Positions 1-9,228 of a stretch of 32,000 nt of DNA are shown in pieces. Source of the DNA: Zymomonas mobilis subsp. mobilis ATCC 10988 (GTDB lineage Bacteria > Pseudomonadota > Alphaproteobacteria > Sphingomonadales > Sphingomonadaceae); assembly GCF_000175255.2 (NCBI RefSeq), contig NC_017262.1, forward strand, positions 570,001 to 602,000, read 5' to 3'. Position 1 is the stretch's first letter. Every line of letters starts with the position of its first letter. The notes under the pieces were generated by a model that worked only from the letters and a program-made list of their open reading frames with translations, was not told the DNA's origin and made no database searches. Position numbers and translations under genes: made by a program.

Positions 1-711
1 AATGCCCTGTTACAATATGCCCAATTATCGGCACAGGGATTAACGCATAATGCGCCTTCTTCGCTGCCTTTTTCGATTGAACCCCGCTTTGTCTATAATC
101 AGGAATTTCTTAGCATTTATACGATGGTGCCAGATACCATCATGCTGGCCTTAATTCTGATCCCGACCATGCTGACGGCGCTTGGCGTCGTTCGGGAAAA
201 AGAAATTGGTTCAATTATCAATCTCTATGCCTCTCCGGCTTCAACCCGACAATATCTTATCGGGAAACAGCTTCCCTATGTTGCTATTGCGATGCTGGCC
301 TATCTCTCGCTGGTGGTGCTGTCAGTCACGATTTTAGGCGTTCCTTTGAAGGGGTCTTTTTTGGCACTTTCCCTAGGCGCATTGCTCTATAATCTTGCTG
401 CAACCGGCCTCGGCCTTTTGATCTCGACTTTTGTCAGCTCCCAAGTCGCGGCGATTTTCGGAACGGCCATTTTGTGCCTCATTCCGGCAGTCAATTTTTC
501 GGGGCTGCTATACCCTGTTTCAACATTAACGGGCATTTCCTATCATGTTGGACGTTGTTTTCCGGCATCATGGTTCCAGCTAATCAGTCTTGGCAGTTTT
601 ACCAAGGGTCTTGGTTTTACGGCCTTTTTGACGATGTATGGGGCTTTGACGGGATTTGCCCTTCTCTATCTCGCCCTTGCCTGTGTCCTCCTTCGGAAAC
701 AGGAGCTATAA
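1..711 (+). CDS. ABC transporter permease (C-terminal part, ABC-2 type; possibly the tail of a YhiH/RbbA-like ATPase-permease fusion), truncated by the window start
   Basis: Frame 1 is open from base 1 (NALLQYAQLSAQGLTHN...) into the tracked ORF at 124. Contains the ABC-2 signature VVREKEIGSIINLYASPAS and repeated hydrophobic segments. The next gene starts 4 bp downstream. Confidence 0.85.
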   Translation, partial: NALLQYAQLSAQGLTHNAPSSLPFSIEPRFVYNQEFLSIYTMVPDTIMLALILIPTMLTALGVVREKEIGSIINLYASPASTRQYLIGKQLPYVAIAMLAYLSLVVLSVTILGVPLKGSFLALSLGALLYNLAATGLGLLISTFVSSQVAAIFGTAILCLIPAVNFSGLLYPVSTLTGISYHVGRCFPASWFQLISLGSFTKGLGFTAFLTMYGALTGFALLYLALACVLLRKQEL

Positions 712-714
712 AAG

Positions 715-1842
715 ATGAGACGTTGGCTAATCAATGTCGCGCTTTTATGCGCCAAAGAATTCAGAAGCCTTCTTTGCGATAAGGTTCTGATTGCCCTGAT
801 CGTCTTTGCGTTTACAGGCGGCGTTCTGGCCGTTGCCGATGGCGTCAAAGTCGAGGTTTCAAACGCCACAGTGGCGTTTATTGACCATGACCATTCGACA
901 CTCTCAAACCGATTGCGGGATGCTATTTTGCAACCCTATTTCAAACCGCCGGTTTTGACCAATACGCAACAAGCCGAAGATGGAATGGATAAAGGCGACT
1001 ATATTTTCGCCATTGATATTCCGCCTAATTTCGAAAGAGATGTTCTCGCAGGACGAGAACCTTCTTTGCAAATCCGCGTTGATGCCACGGCAATGACACA
1101 GGCTGGATTAGGCACGGTCTATCTAACCGAAATTTTCTATCGCGAGATAAAAGCTGCTATTCCGCTGTCTTCGGCTACCTCGGCTTTACCCTTCCAAATC
1201 GACAGCCGGATTTACTTTAACCCCAATACCGAATCCTATCCTTTTATGTCGGTGATGCAGATCGTCACGAACATAACGATGCTTTCGATTATTCTCGTCG
1301 GGGCAGCCGTTATCCGTGAAAAAGAACATGGCACTATTGAACATCTGTTGGTTTTGCCTGTCAGCCCCAGCGAAATCGCTATGGCTAAAATTATCGCGAA
1401 TGGCTGGGCTATTTTTATAGCCTCGATGCTGTCGCTCTGGCTGGTGGTGCATCTCTGGCTCGGGGTTCAATTATCAGGGTCTATCCTGCTTTTTGCGGTT
1501 TGCACTCTGCTTTATCTATTCTCGGTAACGGCCTTGGGGATTATGCTAGCCACAGTTGCCCCAACCATGCCGCAATTCGGTTTGTTGGTCGTGCCGGTTT
1601 ACGCTGTTGCTTATCTTTTATCCGGTGCGGCGACGCCGGTCGAAAATATGCCGACCTCAATACAACATGCGGTCTATTTTCTGCCAACAACTCAATTCGT
1701 TAATATTGCACAGGCCATTCTTTATCGTGGGGCTGGTTTTGATGCCATTACCCAACCATTGGTCATCATTATCGCCGCCGGAATCCTGTTTCTTGCTTTC
1801 GCCCTTATCCGTTTCCGTTCTATGCTCACGAGCCAGTCCTGA
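715..1842 (+). CDS. ABC-2 type transporter permease (YhhJ-like)
   Basis: 375-aa ORF with a single N-terminal TM, a large periplasmic domain, the motif AAVIREKEHGTIEHLLVLPVSPSEI, and C-terminal TMs. Tightly coupled to both neighbours. Confidence 0.88.
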   Translation: MRRWLINVALLCAKEFRSLLCDKVLIALIVFAFTGGVLAVADGVKVEVSNATVAFIDHDHSTLSNRLRDAILQPYFKPPVLTNTQQAEDGMDKGDYIFAIDIPPNFERDVLAGREPSLQIRVDATAMTQAGLGTVYLTEIFYREIKAAIPLSSATSALPFQIDSRIYFNPNTESYPFMSVMQIVTNITMLSIILVGAAVIREKEHGTIEHLLVLPVSPSEIAMAKIIANGWAIFIASMLSLWLVVHLWLGVQLSGSILLFAVCTLLYLFSVTALGIMLATVAPTMPQFGLLVVPVYAVAYLLSGAATPVENMPTSIQHAVYFLPTTQFVNIAQAILYRGAGFDAITQPLVIIIAAGILFLAFALIRFRSMLTSQS

Positions 1843-3257
1843 TGAAATTGACTTTTATCAAAAAAACATCCCTTTATTCGGGATTCATCGCCACCCTGAT
1901 ACTGGCTGCCTGTTCACCGTTTAAAACGCCAGTGCCACCTTCACAGGTAGCGGTGCCTTCACAATTCGCGCAAGCCGCTGCGGGACAGGCCAGCGATATA
2001 TCGAAATGGTGGCTTGCTTGGAACGATCCTGCACTCACCAAGGTCATCGAAGACACGCTCAAGGCTAATCTTGATCTCCGCATTGCCCGCGATCATATTC
2101 AAGAGGCAAAATCTAACTTCAAAATGACCAAATCGTCATTGTCTCCGACGATTGGCGTTACCGGTAATATCGCAGGTGGTGGCACGGATTCCCGTAATCG
2201 CTATCTCAACAGTTTCAGTAATGATTCCAGCGATCCGACCTCAGTAGGCCATATCGCAGGTGTCACCGCCTCTTGGGATGCGGATCTCTTCGGTGCAAGA
2301 CATGCCGATGCCAAAGCCGCCAAAGCCGAAGTCTTAGGACAGGAAGCCCAACTTCACCAGATACAAATGGCAATCGCGGCTGAAGTCGCCAGCTATTACA
2401 CGGGCATCCAATGTCTACGGAAAAGACTGGCACTTATCGACCAACGCCTCATCCTGTTGGAGAATTTGAAAAGCTATACACAAGCAAGATTCAATGCCGG
2501 ACAAGCGACTTTGTCGGATATCAAAGGCTTGGATGTGCAGATCAATATCTTACACAGCTACCGCCCCGATCTTGAATCTGCCATTGCAGCCTCATTGCGC
2601 CATATTGCTATTTTGGGTGGGAAAACGCCTGAAAATGTAGAAATAGCGATATCACCGGAATCCGTAACCCCTCCTGCTCCAGCTGGGGAATTACCCAGTA
2701 CGGTTTTAAATCGGCGACCGGATATTGCCGCTGCCGAAGCCAATATCAATGCCGCTTTAAATCGCCTAAAAAGCGCCAAGGCTGATTTACTGCCTCGCTT
2801 TGGCCTCCAATTTTTTGGCGGCGATGGAAGAATTCGTTTTTCTGGTCTTTCCGGCTTTTCAAATTCAGGGGGCATTATGGCATTAACGGCCTATCTCCCG
2901 ATTTTTACTGCTGGACGGGTGCACGCCCATATCGCTTTGGAAGATGCCAAACTTGATGAAGCGGTTGCCTTCTATGACAAAAAACTTTTGTCTGCCCTCA
3001 CCGAAGTGGAAAATGCCTATCAGGCGCGTAGCAGTCAGGATAAGCGCATCATGCAGCTGTCACAGGCCTTGGCTACGACAGAACAAAATATCACAGTCGA
3101 ACAAGGCCTTTATCAAGGCGGCAAGCATACGCTTCAAAATGTCTTGGAAACCAAACTGGATAAAGTGGACAAGGATGACAGCCTCATTCAAACCATCCAG
3201 CAACAACAAATGGCTACCATCAATCTATATTATGCCCTTGGTGGTGGATGGAGCTAA
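1842..3257 (+). CDS. Outer-membrane efflux lipoprotein, NodT/TolC-like family
   Basis: 471-aa ORF. Start overlaps the previous stop by 1 base (TGATG). Lipobox LILAAC; motifs WWLAWNDPALTKVIEDTLKANLDLRIARD and LPSTVLNRRPDIAAAEANI are typical of NodT-type outer-membrane factors. Confidence 0.9.
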   Translation: MKLTFIKKTSLYSGFIATLILAACSPFKTPVPPSQVAVPSQFAQAAAGQASDISKWWLAWNDPALTKVIEDTLKANLDLRIARDHIQEAKSNFKMTKSSLSPTIGVTGNIAGGGTDSRNRYLNSFSNDSSDPTSVGHIAGVTASWDADLFGARHADAKAAKAEVLGQEAQLHQIQMAIAAEVASYYTGIQCLRKRLALIDQRLILLENLKSYTQARFNAGQATLSDIKGLDVQINILHSYRPDLESAIAASLRHIAILGGKTPENVEIAISPESVTPPAPAGELPSTVLNRRPDIAAAEANINAALNRLKSAKADLLPRFGLQFFGGDGRIRFSGLSGFSNSGGIMALTAYLPIFTAGRVHAHIALEDAKLDEAVAFYDKKLLSALTEVENAYQARSSQDKRIMQLSQALATTEQNITVEQGLYQGGKHTLQNVLETKLDKVDKDDSLIQTIQQQQMATINLYYALGGGWS

Positions 3258-3268
3258 AATTCTTTCTT

Positions 3269-3315
3269 AAAATCGGAATTACTCTGCCTTTAAATGACGG
3301 AGTAATTCTGATTTT
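3269..3315 (+). terminator. Putative terminator of the ABC/NodT operon
   Basis: Arms AAAATCGGAATTACTC (3269-3284) and GAGTAATTCTGATTTT (3300-3315) pair over 16 positions with one G.U, with a 15-nt loop, ending in TTTT. Begins 12 bp after the NodT stop. Confidence 0.55.
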
Positions 3316-3484
3316 ATGCCCATCCCGTTCCATTCAAATTTCTTTTTATTGAGACGACATTCCACAAATTTTTAAATTACCTCTGAAAAGGACAATGCCT
3401 GTAATAATCCTAGAGAGGAGTCTTCCCTTTCGTAAGGGAACACAGCTTACCAGCTATAACAATATTGTAGGATAGGAGCCTTTT

Positions 3485-4270
3485 ATGGATTTACAGCTCA
3501 CGGGCAAAACCGCGCTTGTCACCGGATCGACCTCCGGTATCGGCCTTGCGATTGCGCAAAGATTTGCCGAAGAAGGGGCTAATGTCATTATCTGCGGCCG
3601 CAGTCAGGGTAAACTAGATGCCGCTCTCAAAACATTTCCAGCGCCAGAAAAAGTCAAAGCTGTTTTAGCGGATGCGGGCAGCCAAGCGGGTATCGAAGCT
3701 CTGACAAAAGAGGTTCCTGCGGTTGATATTCTAATCAATAACCTTGGAATATTTGAACCAAAGGCCTTCTCTGACATTACCGATGATGAATGGCACCATA
3801 TTTTCGAAGTCAATGTCATGAGCGGTGTCCGGCTTTCTCGTTACTATTTTCCGCAAATGATCGAGAAAAACTGGGGACGCATTATCTTCGTCTCAAGCGA
3901 ATGTGGCGTGGTTACCCCAGGCGATACTATCCATTATGCCATGACGAAAACGGCACAATTAGCGATATCGCGCGGCCTCGCTGAAGAGACTAAAGGCACG
4001 GCTGTCACCGTCAATACAATTCTACCGGGGCCCACAAAATCCGAAGGCAGTACGGCTTTCATCAGAGCGGCTGTCGCCAATGACAGTCTTTCAGAAGAAG
4101 AAATGGAAGCCGAATTTTTTAAAAAAATGCGCCCCCTTTCTTTGCTGCAACGCCGCTGCGATCCGGCGGAAATTGCAGCCCAAGTCGCTTTACTTTGCAG
4201 CCCCTTCGGAGCCATCACGAACGGAGCAGCCATCCGGCTTGAAGGCGGAATTATCCCAACAATTCTATAA
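3485..4270 (+). CDS. Short-chain dehydrogenase/reductase (SDR) family oxidoreductase
   Basis: 261 aa. N-terminal TGxxxGIG motif (TGSTSGIG), NNLG, SSECG, catalytic-type YAMTK. RBS-like AGGAG sits upstream of the ATG. Confidence 0.92.
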   Translation: MDLQLTGKTALVTGSTSGIGLAIAQRFAEEGANVIICGRSQGKLDAALKTFPAPEKVKAVLADAGSQAGIEALTKEVPAVDILINNLGIFEPKAFSDITDDEWHHIFEVNVMSGVRLSRYYFPQMIEKNWGRIIFVSSECGVVTPGDTIHYAMTKTAQLAISRGLAEETKGTAVTVNTILPGPTKSEGSTAFIRAAVANDSLSEEEMEAEFFKKMRPLSLLQRRCDPAEIAAQVALLCSPFGAITNGAAIRLEGGIIPTIL

Positions 4271-4281
4271 AGAAATACCGG

Positions 4282-4310
4282 TATTGCTCCCGCATTGGGT
4301 GGGGGCAATA
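4282..4310 (+). terminator. Putative terminator of the SDR gene
   Basis: Arms TATTGCTCCC (4282-4291) and GGGGGCAATA (4301-4310) pair with one G.U, followed by TTT. Confidence 0.45.
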
Positions 4311-4475
4311 TTTCGCTTCAAACAGCCTGCATCAGATAACCCAAAATTCTTCTAAACCTATCAAAAAACACTTATATCAAAGGCATTCAGAGGCCGTCTT
4401 TTTAACTTTTAACGCTATTTAACAGCAGACAAGTTTTATTACCAAAAAAACTATTTTGATTACGGCATATAAATG

Positions 4476-4491
4476 TTATGTTATAACATAA
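4476..4491. promoter_or_regulatory. Perfect 16-bp palindrome, candidate operator
   Basis: TTATGTTATAACATAA equals its own reverse complement. Lies 34 bp upstream of the small ORF at 4526 in a non-coding AT-rich stretch. Confidence 0.35.
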
Positions 4492-4525
4492 ATAATAATT
4501 TACCCCTCCTATTGATTGAGGCCTT

Positions 4526-4690
4526 ATGATAATTCCTTTGTTATTTTTGGTCACAGACCTCGATACGGAACCGCCCCCTCCTCCGGCTTTGCCCATACCG
4601 GTGGTCACCACAACCAATCTGCCGCCGCAAAAAAGCTGTAAAGTAAAACGCATTCCCAGCCGCCCTACTCGTATTGCTGTATGTCATTAA
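4526..4690 (+). CDS. Possible small proline-rich protein (54 aa), unknown function
   Basis: Hand-translated ORF below the track's size cutoff: MIIPLLFLVTDLDTEPPPPPALPIPVVTTTNLPPQKSCKVKRIPSRPTRIAVCH*. Weak GAG Shine-Dalgarno candidate 5 nt upstream of the ATG. Its opposite strand also carries an ORF (4402..4653). Confidence 0.3.
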   Translation: MIIPLLFLVTDLDTEPPPPPALPIPVVTTTNLPPQKSCKVKRIPSRPTRIAVCH

Positions 4691-4699
4691 CTAATTTTC

Positions 4700-4724
4700 G
4701 TTATTGAAAATCAATATCAATAAC
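4700..4724. promoter_or_regulatory. Inverted repeat upstream of the TonB-dependent receptor, candidate regulator-binding site
   Basis: GTTATTGA (4700-4707), 9-bp spacer, TCAATAAC (4717-4724). Arms are exact reverse complements, with an overlapping inner dyad ATTGA-AAA-TCAAT. Confidence 0.35.
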
Positions 4725-4750
4725 TGTAGACTTCACGCCCATATGAAGAT

Positions 4751-4767
4751 ATGATATATTATATCAT
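4751..4767. promoter_or_regulatory. 17-bp inverted repeat immediately upstream of the TonB-dependent receptor start
   Basis: ATGATATA-T-TATATCAT has perfect 8-bp arms around one base. Ends 15 bp before the ATG at 4783, so it could be an operator or a 5'UTR element. Confidence 0.35.
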
Positions 4768-4782
4768 CTAGAGGCGCAGAAA

Positions 4783-7020
4783 GTGAAATCAGAAAAAAAG
4801 GTCAAAAGGCGTTTTCTGAAAAAGACAACGCTTGTAACAATGCTTTTAAGCAGTATCTGCTGCGTTCAAACTCTGTCATCAGCCGCCAGAGCTGAAGATA
4901 TTCCGGTCGAAGAAAACGCATCAAATGATGAAACCGCCGAAAAAAATACTTCTCCCACGCCCAGAAGCCATTCCAAAGAAAAAATATCGCAAAGCGTCAC
5001 ATCAAAAGATATTGAAGTAGTCGCCTCACGAAAAGACCTCCTCGGAAAGACCAGCACAGCCAGTGAAGGCTCAATCACAGCCAAAGAAATCCAACTACGA
5101 CCCGCCTATCGCGTTGGACAGATATTGGAAGCGGTTCCGGGTTTGGTTGTCACGACCCATTCTGGTGAAGGTAAGGCCAATCAATTCCTCTTACGTGGCT
5201 TTAACCTCGATCACGGAACTGACCTTGCAACTTTTGTTGATGATGTGCCGGTTAACGGAGCCACTAATGCTCATGGTCAAGGCTATACTGATATCAACTT
5301 TCTTATTCCCGAAACACTTGGCGGGGTAGATTACACAAAAGGGCCTTTTCACGCGAATATTGGCGACTTTGGTGTTGCTGGCTCCGATCATATGAAGCTG
5401 GCTGATGATATTCCCCGCCAAGTTTCCTTCAGCGGTGGTACCTTGGGCGACTATCGCTTCTATATTGGCGGAACAACGCATTTCAAAAATGGCGACCGTT
5501 GGGTTAATGCGCTAAGCCTTCAACATGCTGATGGGCCATGGAAATATCCCGACAATGCACGGTCTATTCGGGCAATGTCGCATTATACCCATGGCGACAA
5601 CTCGGACGGTTTTGATGTAACGGCGATGTATTATCGTGGCAAATGGCGCGCCACCAATGACCAACCGATAGAAGCCATCGAAACGGGCATGATCAGTCGT
5701 TATGGCTCACTCGATCCTACCGATGGCGGCTTTGCCGAACGCTATGGCATTTCCGGCCATTATCGTAAATCAGGTTCCAACTGGAAATTTGTTACCAGTG
5801 CCTTTGCTACCCATAGCCGAATGACATTATGGAATGACTTCACACATTATCTGGACGATCCCGTTAACGGTGACCAACACTCCCAACACGAAGCCAGAAC
5901 GACATTCGGTGGCAGTGCTGTTTATAGCCGCAACGACTATATCGGCGACTTTAAAACGGATACGCAGGTTGGTCTTCAAGGTCGCTATGATATTCTATAC
6001 GTCAATCGCCGCCATACCTACCACCGCCAAGCGCTTGAAGAATGCCCAGGCAGTTTAAACCCCAGTGGCCGATATCTCTGTAATGGCGATAATATCAATC
6101 TGGGCGCAGTCGGCTTTTATGTCGAGAATACAACCCATTGGTTACCATGGCTCCGCACAGTTGTCGGCTTCCGCGAAGATTATCAAGGTGGCACCGATGA
6201 TAATCTTGTGGATGGCAGCACTACAAAAAAACATCAATGGCTTTTCCAGCCCAAAGGCAGCTTGATTTTCGGGCCTTGGAAAAATACGGAACTCTATTTT
6301 AGCGGTGGTAAAGGCTATCACTCGAATGACTTCCGTTCGGTTTCAGGCTCTTATTCGGCGGACCAATTTGCACAAAATTCTGTCAAAGTGCCTTTGATGA
6401 CCGCCGCCGTCAGCGGTGAAATCGGCATTCGAACGACCCCCATCAAAAATTTACATATGCAAGCCGCCGTTTTCCTGATCGATTTCGATTCCGAGCTTAG
6501 CTATGACGGCGATGCGGGCGTCAACACCCCGGGGCCTGCCAGTCGGCGTAAAGGGGTGGAATTTTCGGCACAATATAACCCGCTGTCATGGCTAGAATTT
6601 AATACAGATTTGTCTTTTGCCCATGCGCGTTACCGAACAAAAGACCCTTCGCAATATGGAATTGACGGCCTTTACGTGACGAATGCCCCTAAATTTGTTT
6701 GGGCTTTTGGTGTTTTGGCAGATTCTCACAAGGCTTGGTATGGCAGTTTGCAAGTCCGCTGGCTGGGCAGTTATCCTCTCAACGAAGATAATTCTTTACG
6801 CTCCAAAGGCTATAGAGAAGTCAATCTTAGCGTCGGTTACAGAGTCTCTAAAAGGCTGCGTTTTGAAGCCAGTATCTTTAATTTATTCAACAACCATGGC
6901 TATGCTGCACAATATGCCTATGATTATCGTTTAACACCGACTTCGGCCGTCAGTACAGGAGCAACCGGCCATTCTATCGAGCCAAGATCAGCTAGATTTT
7001 CTGTCATCGGTAATTTTTAG
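4783..7020 (+). CDS. TonB-dependent receptor (outer-membrane siderophore/nutrient receptor)
   Basis: 745 aa with signal peptide; plug domain motifs VGQILEAVPGLVVTTHSGEGKANQFLLRGFNLDHGTDLATFVDDVPVN; C-terminal end SIEPRSARFSVIGNF, ending in an aromatic residue as in outer-membrane barrels. Confidence 0.92.
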   Translation: MKSEKKVKRRFLKKTTLVTMLLSSICCVQTLSSAARAEDIPVEENASNDETAEKNTSPTPRSHSKEKISQSVTSKDIEVVASRKDLLGKTSTASEGSITAKEIQLRPAYRVGQILEAVPGLVVTTHSGEGKANQFLLRGFNLDHGTDLATFVDDVPVNGATNAHGQGYTDINFLIPETLGGVDYTKGPFHANIGDFGVAGSDHMKLADDIPRQVSFSGGTLGDYRFYIGGTTHFKNGDRWVNALSLQHADGPWKYPDNARSIRAMSHYTHGDNSDGFDVTAMYYRGKWRATNDQPIEAIETGMISRYGSLDPTDGGFAERYGISGHYRKSGSNWKFVTSAFATHSRMTLWNDFTHYLDDPVNGDQHSQHEARTTFGGSAVYSRNDYIGDFKTDTQVGLQGRYDILYVNRRHTYHRQALEECPGSLNPSGRYLCNGDNINLGAVGFYVENTTHWLPWLRTVVGFREDYQGGTDDNLVDGSTTKKHQWLFQPKGSLIFGPWKNTELYFSGGKGYHSNDFRSVSGSYSADQFAQNSVKVPLMTAAVSGEIGIRTTPIKNLHMQAAVFLIDFDSELSYDGDAGVNTPGPASRRKGVEFSAQYNPLSWLEFNTDLSFAHARYRTKDPSQYGIDGLYVTNAPKFVWAFGVLADSHKAWYGSLQVRWLGSYPLNEDNSLRSKGYREVNLSVGYRVSKRLRFEASIFNLFNNHGYAAQYAYDYRLTPTSAVSTGATGHSIEPRSARFSVIGNF

Positions 7021-7078
7021 ACAACGCAAAAATAATGACTATAGTCTTTAAACGACTTAACTGGGGGGAACCAACTTT

Positions 7079-9181
7079 ATGCGCTCTATGTTACCCGCTT
7101 TATTGATGACCTCGATGGCATCCATTCCGGCAATGGCCGCAGTGGCTCATAACGACCCTTATATCTGGCTCGAAGAATTTTCTTCACCCAAAGCGATGGC
7201 ATGGGTCAAAAGCCATAATGACAAAAGCACTAGCCTTTTGGAATCAGACAGCCGCTATAAAACGCTTTATCAAGAAGCCCTCGCCATCGGATCGGCCAAG
7301 GATCGCATCCCGATGCCGAGCTTTTTGCAGGGTGAAATCTATAATTTCTGGAAAGATAGCGATCATCTTCGCGGGATATGGCGCAAAACCAGCTTGGAAG
7401 ATTACCGTAACGCGACGCCTCATTGGCAAACGGTGCTTGATATAGATGCTTTGGGTAAAGCAGAAGGCAAAAGCTGGGTGCTCCATGGCATTGACTGTTT
7501 CCAGCCGGATCAACGGCTTTGCTTAATATCTTTATCGGATGGTGGCGAAGATGCCGCCGAAATTCGCGAATTTGATCTGACAACAAAGCAATTTGTCAAA
7601 GATGGCTTTCACCTGCCGCGCGGGAAACATCGCGTTACATGGGAAGATAAAGATCACCTGCTGATTGCAACCAATTGGACAAAGGACGACCTCACGGAAT
7701 CCGGCTATCCTTTTATCGTCAAGCGGCTGGCACGCGGCCAATCTCTTGATCAAGCGCAAGAAATTTATCGCGGCAATAAAAGTGACGGCGGCTATGGCAT
7801 AACGCCCACGACTCTTCGCGACGGTCAAAATAACGCATTAACGGTCATCGAACGGCCGCTAGACACCTTTCATCATCAAAGTTTTGTGCTGACAAAAACG
7901 GGGATAAAACAGCTTCCCATCCCTGATAAAGCCAGCCTTGTCGAACTGGTCGCAGGACGCGTTATTTTATCTCTTGATGAATCATGGCAAAATGGCAGCA
8001 CGCTATTTTCAGCTGGTTCGATTGTCTCAATAGACCTTGATGCGCTTTTGCAGTCACCCGACCAGCTAAAGGCAACGCTTGTCTGGCAGCCGACAGCAAA
8101 GGAAGCCTTTAACGGCCTGACTTCGACTAAAAACCGGCTGTTACTTTCTATTTTGGATAACGTCCAAGGTCGGGCTATCGCTTTCACGCCCACCGCCCAT
8201 AACCAATGGACGGCGGAAACGCTGCCCTTGCCAGATAAATTGGCGATAGAATTGGGGTCAAGCGACAGCCAAAGCGATCGCGCCTTTATCGAGGTTAGCG
8301 GATTTGTCACGCCATCCACGCTTTATCTAGCCGATACCGCACAAGACAAAATCGAAAGCGTTAAAGCCCTTCCCCCTCAATTCGATGCGTCAGAGGATGT
8401 CGTCGAACAGCTTGAAGCCACCTCCACAGACGGCACGAAAATTCCTTATTTTGTCGTCCATCGGAAAAACATCAAATATGATGGCACCACGCCGACCTTA
8501 ATGACGGCCTATGGCGGTTTTCAGGTCAGTAATACACCTTATTATTCAGCTTCGATTGGCAAGCTCTGGCTCGAAAAAGGCGGAGCCTTTGTTCTCGCTA
8601 ATATTCGGGGCGGCGGTGAATTCGGGCCCGCATGGCATGAAGCTGGATTAGGCACAAAGAGGCAGATCATTTATGATGACTTTGCTTCCGTTGCCAAGGA
8701 TCTGATGGCGCGTAAAATAACATCACCGCGTCATCTAGGTATTCAAGGCGGCTCCAATGGTGGTCTTTTGATGGGGGTCGAAATGACCCAGCATCCCGAA
8801 CTTTGGAATGCGGTGGTTATTCAGGTGCCTTTGCTGGACATGTTAAGAATATCCAAAATTGCAGCCGGTGCCTCATGGCAAGGTGAATATGGCGACGTCA
8901 ACCAAGACCCTAAAGTAAGAGCCTTCTGGGAAGGTCTCTCACCCTATCATAACCTCAAGCAAGGCGTAAAATATCCCGAACCCTTCATTTTTACGACCAC
9001 CAAAGATGATCGCGTTGGGCCCCAACATGCTCGTAAATTTGCAGCCCGCATGGAAGAAATGAAGCTGCCTTTTTATTATTATGAAAATACCGAAGGCGGC
9101 CATGGCTCTGGCGCAGATTTAAAACAGACCGCCAGAACACAGGCCTTAACCATGACGTATCTTTATCGCAAATTGCTGTAA
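7079..9181 (+). CDS. Prolyl oligopeptidase family serine peptidase (S9A-like), probably exported
   Basis: 700 aa. N-terminal signal-like MRSMLPALLMTSMASIPAMAA, then DPYIWLEEFSSPKAMAWV; catalytic serine motif GGSNGGLLMG; ENTEGGHGSGAD around the catalytic His. Confidence 0.93.
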   Translation: MRSMLPALLMTSMASIPAMAAVAHNDPYIWLEEFSSPKAMAWVKSHNDKSTSLLESDSRYKTLYQEALAIGSAKDRIPMPSFLQGEIYNFWKDSDHLRGIWRKTSLEDYRNATPHWQTVLDIDALGKAEGKSWVLHGIDCFQPDQRLCLISLSDGGEDAAEIREFDLTTKQFVKDGFHLPRGKHRVTWEDKDHLLIATNWTKDDLTESGYPFIVKRLARGQSLDQAQEIYRGNKSDGGYGITPTTLRDGQNNALTVIERPLDTFHHQSFVLTKTGIKQLPIPDKASLVELVAGRVILSLDESWQNGSTLFSAGSIVSIDLDALLQSPDQLKATLVWQPTAKEAFNGLTSTKNRLLLSILDNVQGRAIAFTPTAHNQWTAETLPLPDKLAIELGSSDSQSDRAFIEVSGFVTPSTLYLADTAQDKIESVKALPPQFDASEDVVEQLEATSTDGTKIPYFVVHRKNIKYDGTTPTLMTAYGGFQVSNTPYYSASIGKLWLEKGGAFVLANIRGGGEFGPAWHEAGLGTKRQIIYDDFASVAKDLMARKITSPRHLGIQGGSNGGLLMGVEMTQHPELWNAVVIQVPLLDMLRISKIAAGASWQGEYGDVNQDPKVRAFWEGLSPYHNLKQGVKYPEPFIFTTTKDDRVGPQHARKFAARMEEMKLPFYYYENTEGGHGSGADLKQTARTQALTMTYLYRKLL

Positions 9182-9195
9182 TCCGCTGTCCTTAA

Positions 9196-9228
9196 CTGCC
9201 GGATAATCTATTTATCCGGCAGACTTTT
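9196..9228 (+). terminator. Rho-independent-like terminator after the prolyl oligopeptidase gene
   Basis: Perfect 11-bp stem CTGCCGGATAA (9196-9206) / TTATCCGGCAG (9212-9222), 5-nt loop, followed by ACTTTTTA. Confidence 0.7.

Noticed and set aside
4402-4653. 83-aa minus-strand Gly-rich ORF (MRFTLQLFCGGRLVVVTTGMGKAGGGGGSV...)
   Set aside because: Overlaps the plus-strand 54-aa ORF antisense. The Gly run is just the complement of the Pro codons, and the ORF has no supporting signal. Not listed as a feature, though it remains an alternative reading.
7876-8319. 147-aa minus-strand ORF within the prolyl oligopeptidase gene
   Set aside because: Antisense shadow of a clear enzyme-coding gene.
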